A stretch of 20,951 bases of DNA, from positions 1-20,951 of the forward strand of contig DASXQR010000223.1 of NCBI GenBank assembly GCA_036507075.1. Direction: 5' to 3'. Every line of letters begins with the position of its first letter. Position 1 is the first letter of the stretch. The notes beneath the pieces were generated by a model. It was given only the letters and a program-made list of their open reading frames with translations. It searched no databases and was not told the origin of the DNA. This DNA comes from Acidobacteriota bacterium (GTDB taxonomy: Bacteria; Acidobacteriota; UBA6911; JACQSX01). The position numbers and the translations under genes were made by a program. This document shows, one piece after another, positions 8,295 through 16,562 of this stretch.

Positions 8295-8396
8295 GAAAAC
8301 CTGTGCGGTCTACTGCGCTCCCTTCCCCGGATTATGCATAAACCGAGAAGTAGGCATATCGCTCCAGTACAGATCTGGAAGCCGGCCACAATTGCA

Positions 8397-8488
8397 TTCA
8401 CCACCGAGCCGCAGAGTACGCTGAGATCTCGCAGAGGCTGGACTGCAGCTCTGCGAGGCCTCGGCGATCTCGGCGGCTCTGCGGTGAA
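8397..8488. repeat. Long imperfect palindrome with roughly 9-nt period (CCGCAGAG-type)
   Basis: TTCACCACCGAGCCGCAGAG...CTCGCAGAG / CTCTGCGAG...CGGCTCTGCGGTGAA, about 40-bp arms and a 12-nt loop. Confidence 0.85.
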
Positions 8489-8648
8489 AGCACTATGACC
8501 AATCGACAGCCGGCAGATATAAGTCCCAAGCCCGGTGGCGTCAATTGCTTCCACGGTCGTGGCCGCAGCCGGGACGTGCCTCTGTGGTGAGTTCCTTTCC
8601 TCTATGAGCAGCACAAAACCAGGCCTCTACCTCGTAACTTAGCCCAGT

Positions 8649-8677
8649 TTGACACCGCTTCTATCGCGTGGTAGAAA
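8649..8677 (+). promoter_or_regulatory. Putative sigma70 promoter of tRNA-Pro(GGG)
   Basis: TTGACA-17 bp-TAGAAA with TG at the extended position, 9 nt before the tRNA. Confidence 0.55.
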
Positions 8678-8686
8678 GCACCCAGT

Positions 8687-8763
8687 CGGGACGTGGCGCA
8701 GCCTGGTAGCGCACTTGCTTGGGGTGCAAGGGGTCGGCAGTTCAAATCTGCCCGTCCCGACCA
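8687..8763 (+). tRNA. tRNA-Pro(GGG)
   Basis: CGGGACGTGGCGCAGCCTGGTAGCGCA-CTTGC-TTGGGGT-GCAAG...AGTTCAAATCT...CCCGACCA. Confidence 0.96.
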
Positions 8764-9011
8764 AGTATCTCCCTCATTCACATTCAGATGTCGATCTGGA
8801 GTCTAAAACGGGCGCGCGCTCCGAAAACCAGTTTGTGGGAATGACTACCATGAACCTGTTCCGTAAATCCCTCTTCGCAATCTGATTCTCACCGCGATGA
8901 TAGTGCCCGTTCTACTGGCGCGATGAACTTCTTGAATAAACTTGAGGTGCCTCTGCTTGCACAAAACCGTCGGCATGAAATTGGGAAAAGGACTTTACTT
9001 GCGCTCCCGTA

Positions 9012-9377
9012 GTGCTGTACTTCCTGTATCTGACGGTGACGTTTCTCTGGACGCTCGCTATGCACCCGGATTCAATTCGGGACGTCCCGCCGGGTACAGA
9101 GACTATTTCTAAGGGAACAGCATTGTGGATTTTCGGAATGGTCCTGGCGTGGATATCGCTGCTGGGTATGTACCTGCGCGCTCGAACAGCGAAGATGCCG
9201 AAAGAGGTTCTGGACGCTTCCTTGGGCACTTTGGGAGGCAAGAACCTCAATTCGCCGGCATTCGTGAGTTTTTATCGGAATTACAAGAAACTGTTCGGTG
9301 TCGACCTGCTCATCTGGATGCTGTGGGTTTCCGTCATCCTGATCGCTGCCGGATTGATTTCATTAGAGTTGAATTGA
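9012..9377 (+). CDS. Hypothetical membrane protein (about 3 TM helices), start uncertain
   Basis: Three hydrophobic segments in 121 aa; no recognisable family. Confidence 0.6.
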   Translation: MLYFLYLTVTFLWTLAMHPDSIRDVPPGTETISKGTALWIFGMVLAWISLLGMYLRARTAKMPKEVLDASLGTLGGKNLNSPAFVSFYRNYKKLFGVDLLIWMLWVSVILIAAGLISLELN

Positions 9378-9510
9378 TTCTGCCTGTCTCGAGCCTGAGA
9401 TGATTGAACACTGGCCGGGAACTCGGAAGGCGCAGGCGGTCGTCGCCGTCTCGCTTCAACTCGTGTAACGAATCAGCCTCGTGGATCGAGAAACGATAGG
9501 AGTCTGTGCC

Positions 9511-11085
9511 ATGAAACGAAGGGTCCTTGCGATATCGGCTTCCCTGTTTGGCTTGCTGCTATTGCAGACCGCAACGGATGCTGTGCTCGCGCAGGAAGCA
9601 AAGCGTGCCACGCTGACGATCCGCGCCGGCGAGCCCGGTCCGAAGATCAGCCGGCACATTTACGGGCACTTTGCCGAGCATCTCGGCCGCTGCATCTATG
9701 ACGGGTTGTGGGTCGGTCCCAAATCGTCGATCCCGAACACCCGCGGCATTCGCACCGACGTCATCGAAGCCCTCCGCAAGATCAAGATCCCCAACCTGCG
9801 CTGGCCGGGCGGCTGTTTTGCCGATCAATATCACTGGCAGGACGGCGTTGGCGCGGCGGAAAAGCGGCCACGGCGAGTCAATATTCATTGGGGCGGCGTC
9901 GTGGAGGACAACAGCTTCGGCACCCATGAGTTTCTCGATTTCTGTGAGCTGATCGGCGCCGATCCCTACGTTGCTGCCAATGTCGGCAGCGGATCTCCGC
10001 AGGAAATGGCCGACTGGATCGAGTACATGACCTTCGGCGGCGACAGCGACCTCGCCAAGCTCCGCCAGGCCAACGGCCGCCTGCAGCCCTGGAAGGTTCC
10101 TTTCCTCGGCATCGGCAACGAGAACTGGGGTTGCGGCGGCCGCATGACGCCGGAATATTACTCCGACCTTTACCGCCGTTTCAGCGTCTTCGCGCGCGAT
10201 TGGTCCGGCAATCGCCTGCAGCGCATTGCCGCCGGGCCGGGGGGCACGGAACTGCACTGGCTCGATGTTGTGGCGGAGCGCGTCAAGCAAGGTGTGCAAG
10301 GTATCTCGATGCATTACTACACGCTCGGCAACACCTGGCAGGACAAGCTCCTCGCCACAGGCTTCCCTGAAAACGACTGGTATGCGGTGCTGCGAGACGC
10401 TCTGAAGATCGACCAGCTCCTGATCGACGCCGAAAAGATCATGGAAAAGCATGACCCCAATGGCCGCGTTGGCTTGTACGTCGATGAATGGGGCACCTGG
10501 TACTCCGCGGCACCGGGCACGAACCCTGCGTTTCTCAATCAGCAGAACACCATTCGCGACGCCGTCGTCGCCGGCGCCACATTCAACATCTTCCATCGCC
10601 ACGCCAGGCGCATGAAAATGGCCAACATCGCGCAGCTCGTCAATGTCCTGCAGGCGCTGATTCTGACGGAAGGCAACAAAATGCTGCTCACGCCGACTTA
10701 CCACGTCTTCGAGATGTACCAGGTGCATCACGACGCGACGCTTCTGCCGGTCGACGTCAAGACGGACTACTCGACTCTCGGTAGTGAGTCCCTTCCCGCG
10801 GTAAGCGCTTCAGCTTCACGCGACGCCCAGGGCCGTGTGCACCTGAGCCTGGTGAACCTCGATCCCAAGTCGGCTGCTAGCGTGGATATTCGCATCGACG
10901 GGCAGAAGTTCACGTCCGTCTCAGGTCGTGTCCTGACGGCCCCCGCGATGGATTCGCACAATACGTTCGATGCGCCGAACCGCGTCCAGCCCGCCGCCTT
11001 TACCGGGGCGACGCTTCAGGACTCATCCCTCAAGGCTCAGCTTCCGCCGCGTTCGGTAGTTGTGCTGACGTTGGCGGGACCGTAA
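9511..11085 (+). CDS. abfA: Secreted alpha-L-arabinofuranosidase (GH51)
   Basis: [28 protein letters not shown] (acid/base), DEWG (nucleophile) and ANIAQLVNV motifs; signal peptide MKRR...VLA-Q; AGGAG RBS. Confidence 0.94.
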   Translation: MKRRVLAISASLFGLLLLQTATDAVLAQEAKRATLTIRAGEPGPKISRHIYGHFAEHLGRCIYDGLWVGPKSSIPNTRGIRTDVIEALRKIKIPNLRWPGGCFADQYHWQDGVGAAEKRPRRVNIHWGGVVEDNSFGTHEFLDFCELIGADPYVAANVGSGSPQEMADWIEYMTFGGDSDLAKLRQANGRLQPWKVPFLGIGNENWGCGGRMTPEYYSDLYRRFSVFARDWSGNRLQRIAAGPGGTELHWLDVVAERVKQGVQGISMHYYTLGNTWQDKLLATGFPENDWYAVLRDALKIDQLLIDAEKIMEKHDPNGRVGLYVDEWGTWYSAAPGTNPAFLNQQNTIRDAVVAGATFNIFHRHARRMKMANIAQLVNVLQALILTEGNKMLLTPTYHVFEMYQVHHDATLLPVDVKTDYSTLGSESLPAVSASASRDAQGRVHLSLVNLDPKSAASVDIRIDGQKFTSVSGRVLTAPAMDSHNTFDAPNRVQPAAFTGATLQDSSLKAQLPPRSVVVLTLAGP

Positions 11086-11188
11086 TCACAAAGCTGCACA
11101 CGGAAGTCGCCGCAGCCGGTGGCTCGCAAGAGCACGACCTTCCCTGCTAAACTGCATCTATCGTTCCGTGCACAGAGGTAAACAAATC

Positions 11189-11929
11189 ATGCCTGGTGCA
11201 GGTTGTCGCCCGTTCCTGGGCGGGAGGTTCGCGGGATACGCGTTGTTTGCGGCGATTCTATTTCTGCTGATTTCGCCCTCTCTGGCCGAAAAGTCTTCGT
11301 ATTATCGATACGAGAACGTGGAAGCGTATCTGTTGCGCGACGGATCCGTGTGGCGGGCACGCGATTTTGGACTACTCGCCTTTAACCCGAACTCCCATCG
11401 TCCTGTCAAGGTCGTATTCAGAGTATCCGCCTACGACGATCAATTCCTGTTTTGCCCTCGTGGAACAGAATCATGCAGGCCAGGCCCGGTTTCAACGCAC
11501 ATTATTCTGGACAGGTTTTCGGATGATGGTAAGCACATCGCCGATGGAATAAACACTCCCGGTTTTGTATTTCCCCTGACCAGTCTCGAGATTCCTTACC
11601 ACTTCCGCGGCACCGTCGAAGTTTATTCATGCGGCGACGTTGACCCATACACGCGGTGCGATCCACCGCAGGATGTCGCGGAGAAAGAATTCCGACCGTC
11701 GTTTTATCCACAGAATATAAATGGTTTCACCTCGCCCGAAGGCCGCGCGGCAAAACCTCTCGATGCATTCCGGGATTCGTGGCAGCGGTTCGATCAGTCT
11801 ATGGACGTCTACTGGGACAGAGACCTGCGGCGCATGATCGCTCCGTTTGCAAACTTGTACCGGCATCTTTCCGACTGGCGCTACGGAGATTCCGGAAACA
11901 TATCAGCGCCGAAAGCTCCAAAACGGTAA
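11189..11929 (+). CDS. Hypothetical secreted protein
   Basis: Hydrophobic N-terminal segment ending SLA-E; two close Cys pairs; start at 11168 or 11189. Confidence 0.6.
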   Translation: MPGAGCRPFLGGRFAGYALFAAILFLLISPSLAEKSSYYRYENVEAYLLRDGSVWRARDFGLLAFNPNSHRPVKVVFRVSAYDDQFLFCPRGTESCRPGPVSTHIILDRFSDDGKHIADGINTPGFVFPLTSLEIPYHFRGTVEVYSCGDVDPYTRCDPPQDVAEKEFRPSFYPQNINGFTSPEGRAAKPLDAFRDSWQRFDQSMDVYWDRDLRRMIAPFANLYRHLSDWRYGDSGNISAPKAPKR

Positions 11930-12085
11930 AATAAATCGGCCGGCACCTTACGCGGCATGCGGACAGCAAACCGCGCCGCTCATGATGCCTATAGTTAGGG
12001 GGCTATGCGAGTTGATCGTCACAAGGTTAATGCAACTGGAGGCGCAGCATGGATCTATAAGTTCCAGCCCGGTCCTGTGCGCTCT

Positions 12086-12115
12086 CTTGGCGTTCTTCGC
12101 GCTCTTCGCGGTTCA
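12086..12115. repeat. Single arm of a nonamer-type repeat (CTTCGCGYT)
   Basis: CTTGGCGTT-CTTCGCGCT-CTTCGCGGTT, the same 9-nt periodic design as other intergenic elements. Confidence 0.55.
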
Positions 12116-12186
12116 ATGTTTGTGAATAATCCGGGCTAGCGGTTTGGGAAAACTTCCCTCCAACCTTTCGGCTTTCAAACGACACA

Positions 12187-12816
12187 ATGGCAAATGAGTG
12201 GCAGTCGGTTGATCATTCGCTCGCCTATCTTGGGCGAGCAGATCAGATTCCACACCGCGTGGAAGGTGAAGCGGCGCTTCTTGAAGAGATCCCTGCCGAA
12301 GTTCATCAGGTACTGGACCTGGGCTCCGGGGATGGCAGGCTGCTCTCTCTAATTTTGCTCGCACACCCCGACGCGCAGGGCGTCGCCGTCGATTTCTCGC
12401 CTCCAATGCTGGAAAAATTGCGCTCCAGGTTTCGCGCAGACTCACGGGTGGAAATCGTGGTCCATGATTTAGACCGGCCTTTGCCCGAGCTCGGACCGTT
12501 CGATGCCGTGGTGTCGAGCTTTGCGATTCACCACCTCCCACATGAAAGAAAGCGAGAACTCTATAAGGAGGTCTGGGCGGCGCTGCAACCTGGTGGTGTG
12601 TTCTGCAATCTCGAGCACGTAGCCTCGGCCACACAACGTCTTCACGAACGTTTTCTGGCAGCACTTGGAATCACCGCCGGCGAGGAGGATCCGTCGAACA
12701 AGCTGCTGGATGTGGAAACTCAGTTGCGCTGGTTGCGAGAAATTGGCTTCGTTGATGTTGATTGTCACTGGAAGTGGCGCGAACTCGCCTTGCTCGCGGG
12801 TTGGAAGTTTCCATGA
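12187..12816 (+). CDS. Class I SAM-dependent methyltransferase
   Basis: VLDLGSGDG motif I, VDFSPPML, FDAVVSSFAIHHL and LQPGG. Confidence 0.92.
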   Translation: MANEWQSVDHSLAYLGRADQIPHRVEGEAALLEEIPAEVHQVLDLGSGDGRLLSLILLAHPDAQGVAVDFSPPMLEKLRSRFRADSRVEIVVHDLDRPLPELGPFDAVVSSFAIHHLPHERKRELYKEVWAALQPGGVFCNLEHVASATQRLHERFLAALGITAGEEDPSNKLLDVETQLRWLREIGFVDVDCHWKWRELALLAGWKFP

Positions 12817-13760
12817 TGAAAGTCGTCATACCCGGTGGTTCAGGACAGGTGGGAACTTTGCTGGCGCGTGCCTTCCATCGGGACGGCCACCAGGTGGTTG
12901 TCTTGAGTCGTAAGCCAGGAAGCGCGCCATGGCGCGTGGTGCCATCGGATGCCAAGACCTCCGGCGACTGGATCGCTGATTTCGAGGGGGCTGACGCCGT
13001 TATCAACCTGGCCGGGCGCAGTGTCAACTGCCGCTATCACGCTGAGAATCGCTGGGCGATCAAGCAATCGCGCGTCGAGGCAACACGTCGGGTGGCAGAG
13101 GCAATCTCTCGAACGACGCACCCGCCGCGTGTTTGGTTACAGATGAGCACCGCGACCATTTATGCCCACCGCTACGACGCGGCAAACGATGAAGCCACTG
13201 GAATCTTGGGCGCCTCGGAGCCTGGCTTGCCGGAGACGTGGCGCTTCAGCGTCGACGTTGCGATGTCATGGGAGCGCGCGGTCGATGATGCTGCGTTCCC
13301 GCACACGCGAAAAATCAAACTTCGCTCCGCAATGGTAATGAGCCCGGACCACGGCGGCATATTTGATGTCTTGCTGGGCCTCGTGCGCCATGATCTCGGT
13401 GGGCGCGCTGGGCACGGCCGCCAGTATGTGTCGTGGATTCATGATAGGGATTTCGTGCAAGCCGTTTATTGGCTGATCGAGCGTGACCTGCAAGGTCCCG
13501 TCAATCTCGCCTCACCCAACCCGGTGTCCTATGCGGACTTCATGCGGGACCTGAGGGAGGCGTGGGGCATACGGTTTGGGCTTCCAGCGACAAAGTGGAT
13601 GTTGGAAATCGGTGCACTGATATTGAGATCCGAGACGGGCGATCGCACAGGTGCGCGGCGGCCATCAGCGTGTTCATGCTTAGTCCGAAATGTCGGACAT
13701 CTGTGTCCCACTAATGCACCAAGGCCCCGCTTGACAGACTTCCGGGCACGCGGTCCATGA
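12813..13760 (+). pseudogene. TIGR01777-family NAD-dependent epimerase/oxidoreductase, probably 3'-truncated near 13637
   Basis: PGGSGQVG, INLAGRSV, STATIY, SWIH and GPVNLASP motifs; after LRSET the expected EL.L.S..V.P.RL...GF.F tail is replaced by unrelated sequence. Confidence 0.75.
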
Positions 13761-13913
13761 CGGCACCTCCGACAGATGAGAGTAGATTTTTCTCGCTCTT
13801 TCTGACATCCTTTTAGCACTTCACATTTCTCAGTCAAAGGGCGTGTCGAACCCACCAAGGCAGGGAATTCCACGCGCTGGAAAGTTTTATCGTCGATAAC
13901 TAAGGAGGTAAAT

Positions 13914-14648
13914 ATGAGCTCCAAGCTGATTTCACGTTTCGGGTTTCATTTCCCGATTACAGCATTGTTGGTTTTGTTGATCGCCGTTGCCGTGCTCGGC
14001 GCAGCCGGTTCTCCGGCAGCGACAACTCCTGCATGGTCCATGAATGCCACCATCATTGAGGCCTGCAGTTGCCCGATGTTCTGCCAGTGTTATTTCAACA
14101 CTAAGCCGGCTGGACATGAGGGGCATGGCGCGCATGCCTTCTGTCGTTTTAATAACGCCTTCAAAGTAAACAAAGGCGCATACGGGAATACCAAGCTCGA
14201 TGGCGCCAAGTTCTGGGTGGCGGGTGATTTGGGCGGTGACTTCTCAATGGGAAAGATGGATTGGGCAGTGCTGACGTTCGATCCTTCGGTGAAGAAAGAG
14301 CAGCGTGACGGCATCGCTGCGATTCTGGGCCACTTATATCCGGTAAAGTGGAACTCGTTCAATATTGCCAAGGATGCCGGCATGGAATGGAATTACACAC
14401 GCGAGCGCGCGGTGGCCCGCCTCAATGGTGGAAAGACCGCCGAAGTAGTGCTGCACAAGGCTGCTGGAATGACCGCCGACCCGGTGGTTATCAGGAACCT
14501 GAAATACTGGGGTGCTCCGCGCAACGACGGCTTTGTGATGATGCCAAACGAAGTGGAAGCTTATCGAGTCGGCCCCAAAGCTTTCGAGTTCAAAGGAACC
14601 AACGGCTTCATGATCACTTTCGATATCGCTTCAACCGATATCCACTGA
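13914..14648 (+). CDS. DUF1326-family protein with N-terminal signal/TM segment
   Basis: W.MNATIIEACSCPMFCQC, G.YG.TKLDG and EQRDGI..I motifs; strong AAGGAGGT RBS. Confidence 0.8.
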   Translation: MSSKLISRFGFHFPITALLVLLIAVAVLGAAGSPAATTPAWSMNATIIEACSCPMFCQCYFNTKPAGHEGHGAHAFCRFNNAFKVNKGAYGNTKLDGAKFWVAGDLGGDFSMGKMDWAVLTFDPSVKKEQRDGIAAILGHLYPVKWNSFNIAKDAGMEWNYTRERAVARLNGGKTAEVVLHKAAGMTADPVVIRNLKYWGAPRNDGFVMMPNEVEAYRVGPKAFEFKGTNGFMITFDIASTDIH

Positions 14649-14670
14649 TTCGATAGCCGACAGTCGCAAT

Positions 14671-14699
14671 CCCACGGCTCCGCTTCGCTGCGCCGTGGG
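14671..14699. repeat. REP-like hairpin CCCACGGC...GCCGTGGG between convergent genes
   Basis: 8-bp perfect outer stem, followed by further short palindromes (GGCGGCCGCC, GCCTTAAGGC). Confidence 0.6.
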
Positions 14700-14768
14700 C
14701 CACAGGCCGGCGGCCGCCGCCTTAAGGCAAGCTTAAGATTTCGTCACAAATTGGCCGCGCGGGAATTA

Positions 14769-14828
14769 GCCGCCAATCTACACGGAAAACGCCGATACAA
14801 ATCCGTGTTTTCCGTGTAGATCAGCGGC
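14769..14828. repeat. Inverted repeat overlapping the decarboxylase stop
   Basis: ATCTACACGGAAAAC (14776-14790) / GTTTTCCGTGTAGAT (14807-14821) perfect 15 bp, plus GCCGC/GCGGC ends. Confidence 0.85.
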
Positions 14829-16221
14829 CTATTTCCCGTACGGCCTGTTCGATCAGGGCGGCGAGGCGGTGAATCAGGGGCCAGTCGGTGCGGAAGTTCA
14901 GAATGCAGATACGGACCACGTAGCGGCCGTTGATCATCGTGCTGGAGAGCAGCACCTGCTGGCTTTCATTGACGCGGCGCATCAGATGCCGCGAACGGTC
15001 ATTATCGCGGGCCGTAAATGCCAGAATCGAAAGCTGCGGCTCCTCCAAAAACGTCAGTTCCTTAAGGCCGCGCAATCGCTCGTACAGCCACGCCGTCATG
15101 TCCAGCTTTTCATCCAGCGTGGCGCGATACGCTTCGCGGCCGAACATCACCAGCGGCAACCAGACACGCAGGCCGCGAAAATCACGCGACAGTTCCAGGG
15201 AGTATTCGTGCAGATTGATACGGCGCTCATCAAATGAAAGATCCTGCAGATAATCAGCTTCAACCTCCATTGCTTGCTTCAAGCGCTGCCCGTCGCGCAC
15301 GACGATCGAACCGGTCCCGTAAGGAAGAAACAATCCTTTGTGCGGATCCAGCGTGACCGAATCGGAGGCCTCAATACCAGCCAGCGCGCGGCGGCCCCGT
15401 TCTGTCAGCATGAAAAAGCCGCCGTAGGCGCCGTCGACGTGCAGCCATATTTCCTCGCGGCGCGCCAGCTCGGCCAGGTCGGCCAGCGAATCGACGGCGC
15501 CCGTGTTGGTCGTTCCGGCGCTGGCGATGATCAGCGCGGGCCGCTTCCCCTGTTTGCGGTCCTGCGCTATGCGTCGCTCCAGCGCCGTCATGTCGATGCG
15601 GAACCGGCTGTCCACCGGCAGCTCGACGACGCTGCTCGCGGGAAAGCCGGCCTGCCGGGCGGCGCGCTCGGCAGAATGATGGACCTGGCTGGAGGTGTAA
15701 ACGACGCCATCCTGGAAATACTCGCCCAGTGCAGCACGGCCGCAAATGACTGCCGTCAGGTTGGCGATCGATCCTCCGCTGGTCAGTGTGCCGCGCGCCG
15801 ACTCGGGATAGCCGATCATCTGGCGGAACCAGTCGATGACATCGACTTCGACTTGAACCGCCGCCGGCGCCGGCGTCCAGACGCCAACGTAGCGATTGGT
15901 GACGTCGGCAATCAGATTGGCCACAGCCGCCGGAAAAACTCCGCCGCCCGGAATATAGGCGAGATACCCGCCGCCGGCGGCACTGTATGCGGGTGGGATG
16001 ATCTGCTCGGAGATCACTTCCATCAGTTGGAAAAAGTCGCGCCCTTGCTTTGGCCAGGCCGGCATTGAAACCTGCTCGGCCAGCTCGGCGCCGCGCGCTG
16101 TGCCGTCCATTGGCGCCGTTGGAAGCTGGCGCAAGAACTCCAGCACGTATTGCTCAGCCGCGCGCAACATCTGCTCCATCTGTTCGGGCGGCAGATCGCG
16201 CAGCGGTGCGGTCTCGGTCAT
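14821..16221 (-). CDS. PLP-dependent group II (aromatic amino acid-type) decarboxylase
   Basis: TSGGSIANLTA, AGTTNTGAVD, WLHVDGAYGG, DPHK (PLP lysine) and ELSRDFR motifs; start 16221 or 16236. Confidence 0.92.
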   Translation of the reverse strand: MTETAPLRDLPPEQMEQMLRAAEQYVLEFLRQLPTAPMDGTARGAELAEQVSMPAWPKQGRDFFQLMEVISEQIIPPAYSAAGGGYLAYIPGGGVFPAAVANLIADVTNRYVGVWTPAPAAVQVEVDVIDWFRQMIGYPESARGTLTSGGSIANLTAVICGRAALGEYFQDGVVYTSSQVHHSAERAARQAGFPASSVVELPVDSRFRIDMTALERRIAQDRKQGKRPALIIASAGTTNTGAVDSLADLAELARREEIWLHVDGAYGGFFMLTERGRRALAGIEASDSVTLDPHKGLFLPYGTGSIVVRDGQRLKQAMEVEADYLQDLSFDERRINLHEYSLELSRDFRGLRVWLPLVMFGREAYRATLDEKLDMTAWLYERLRGLKELTFLEEPQLSILAFTARDNDRSRHLMRRVNESQQVLLSSTMINGRYVVRICILNFRTDWPLIHRLAALIEQAVREIGR

Positions 16222-16269
16222 CCAGATAGGATGCACCAGCGGGTTGGATTATCACCAGTGAGAACTTTT

Positions 16270-16455
16270 AACCACAAAGACACGGTTGTCCGTTGCCTGT
16301 GGTCCGTGGTCCGTGGTCCGTTGAGCTTTGTCAGTGGTCCGTTGTCGGTTGTCAGTTGTCTGTTGTCAGTGGTTTTTTGGATACCGACGCTAGAACTGAC
16401 AAGTGACCACGGACACCACGGACACCACGGACAATGGACAACGGACCACTGACAA
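16270..16455. repeat. Heptamer (GTCMGTK) inverted-repeat element with embedded nonamers
   Basis: About 11 imperfect GTCCGTG/GTCAGTT units then the complementary arm; 16328-16346 / 16437-16455 is a perfect 19-bp inverted repeat; CCACGGACA x3; ACCACAAAGACAC at the left end. Confidence 0.9.
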
Positions 16456-16562
16456 GGGACCGAACTTTGCAGGAGTTCCAACACGATTTTTGTAGAGCCT
16501 CTCGCCAGCGCCGAAGATTCAGTCTATGATTTTGCTAAAGTGCAAAAATCTGTGAGGAGACT

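Noticed and set aside
9559..10731. 390-aa minus-strand ORF
   Set aside because: Antisense shadow of the GC-rich GH51 gene.
13690..13913. Riboswitch or ncRNA upstream of the DUF1326 gene
   Set aside because: No recognisable aptamer consensus or convincing terminator; an Rfam scan would be needed.
16150..16484. ORFs with HGHHGHHG or CPWCPWCPW motifs
   Set aside because: Translation artefacts of the heptamer/nonamer DNA repeats.
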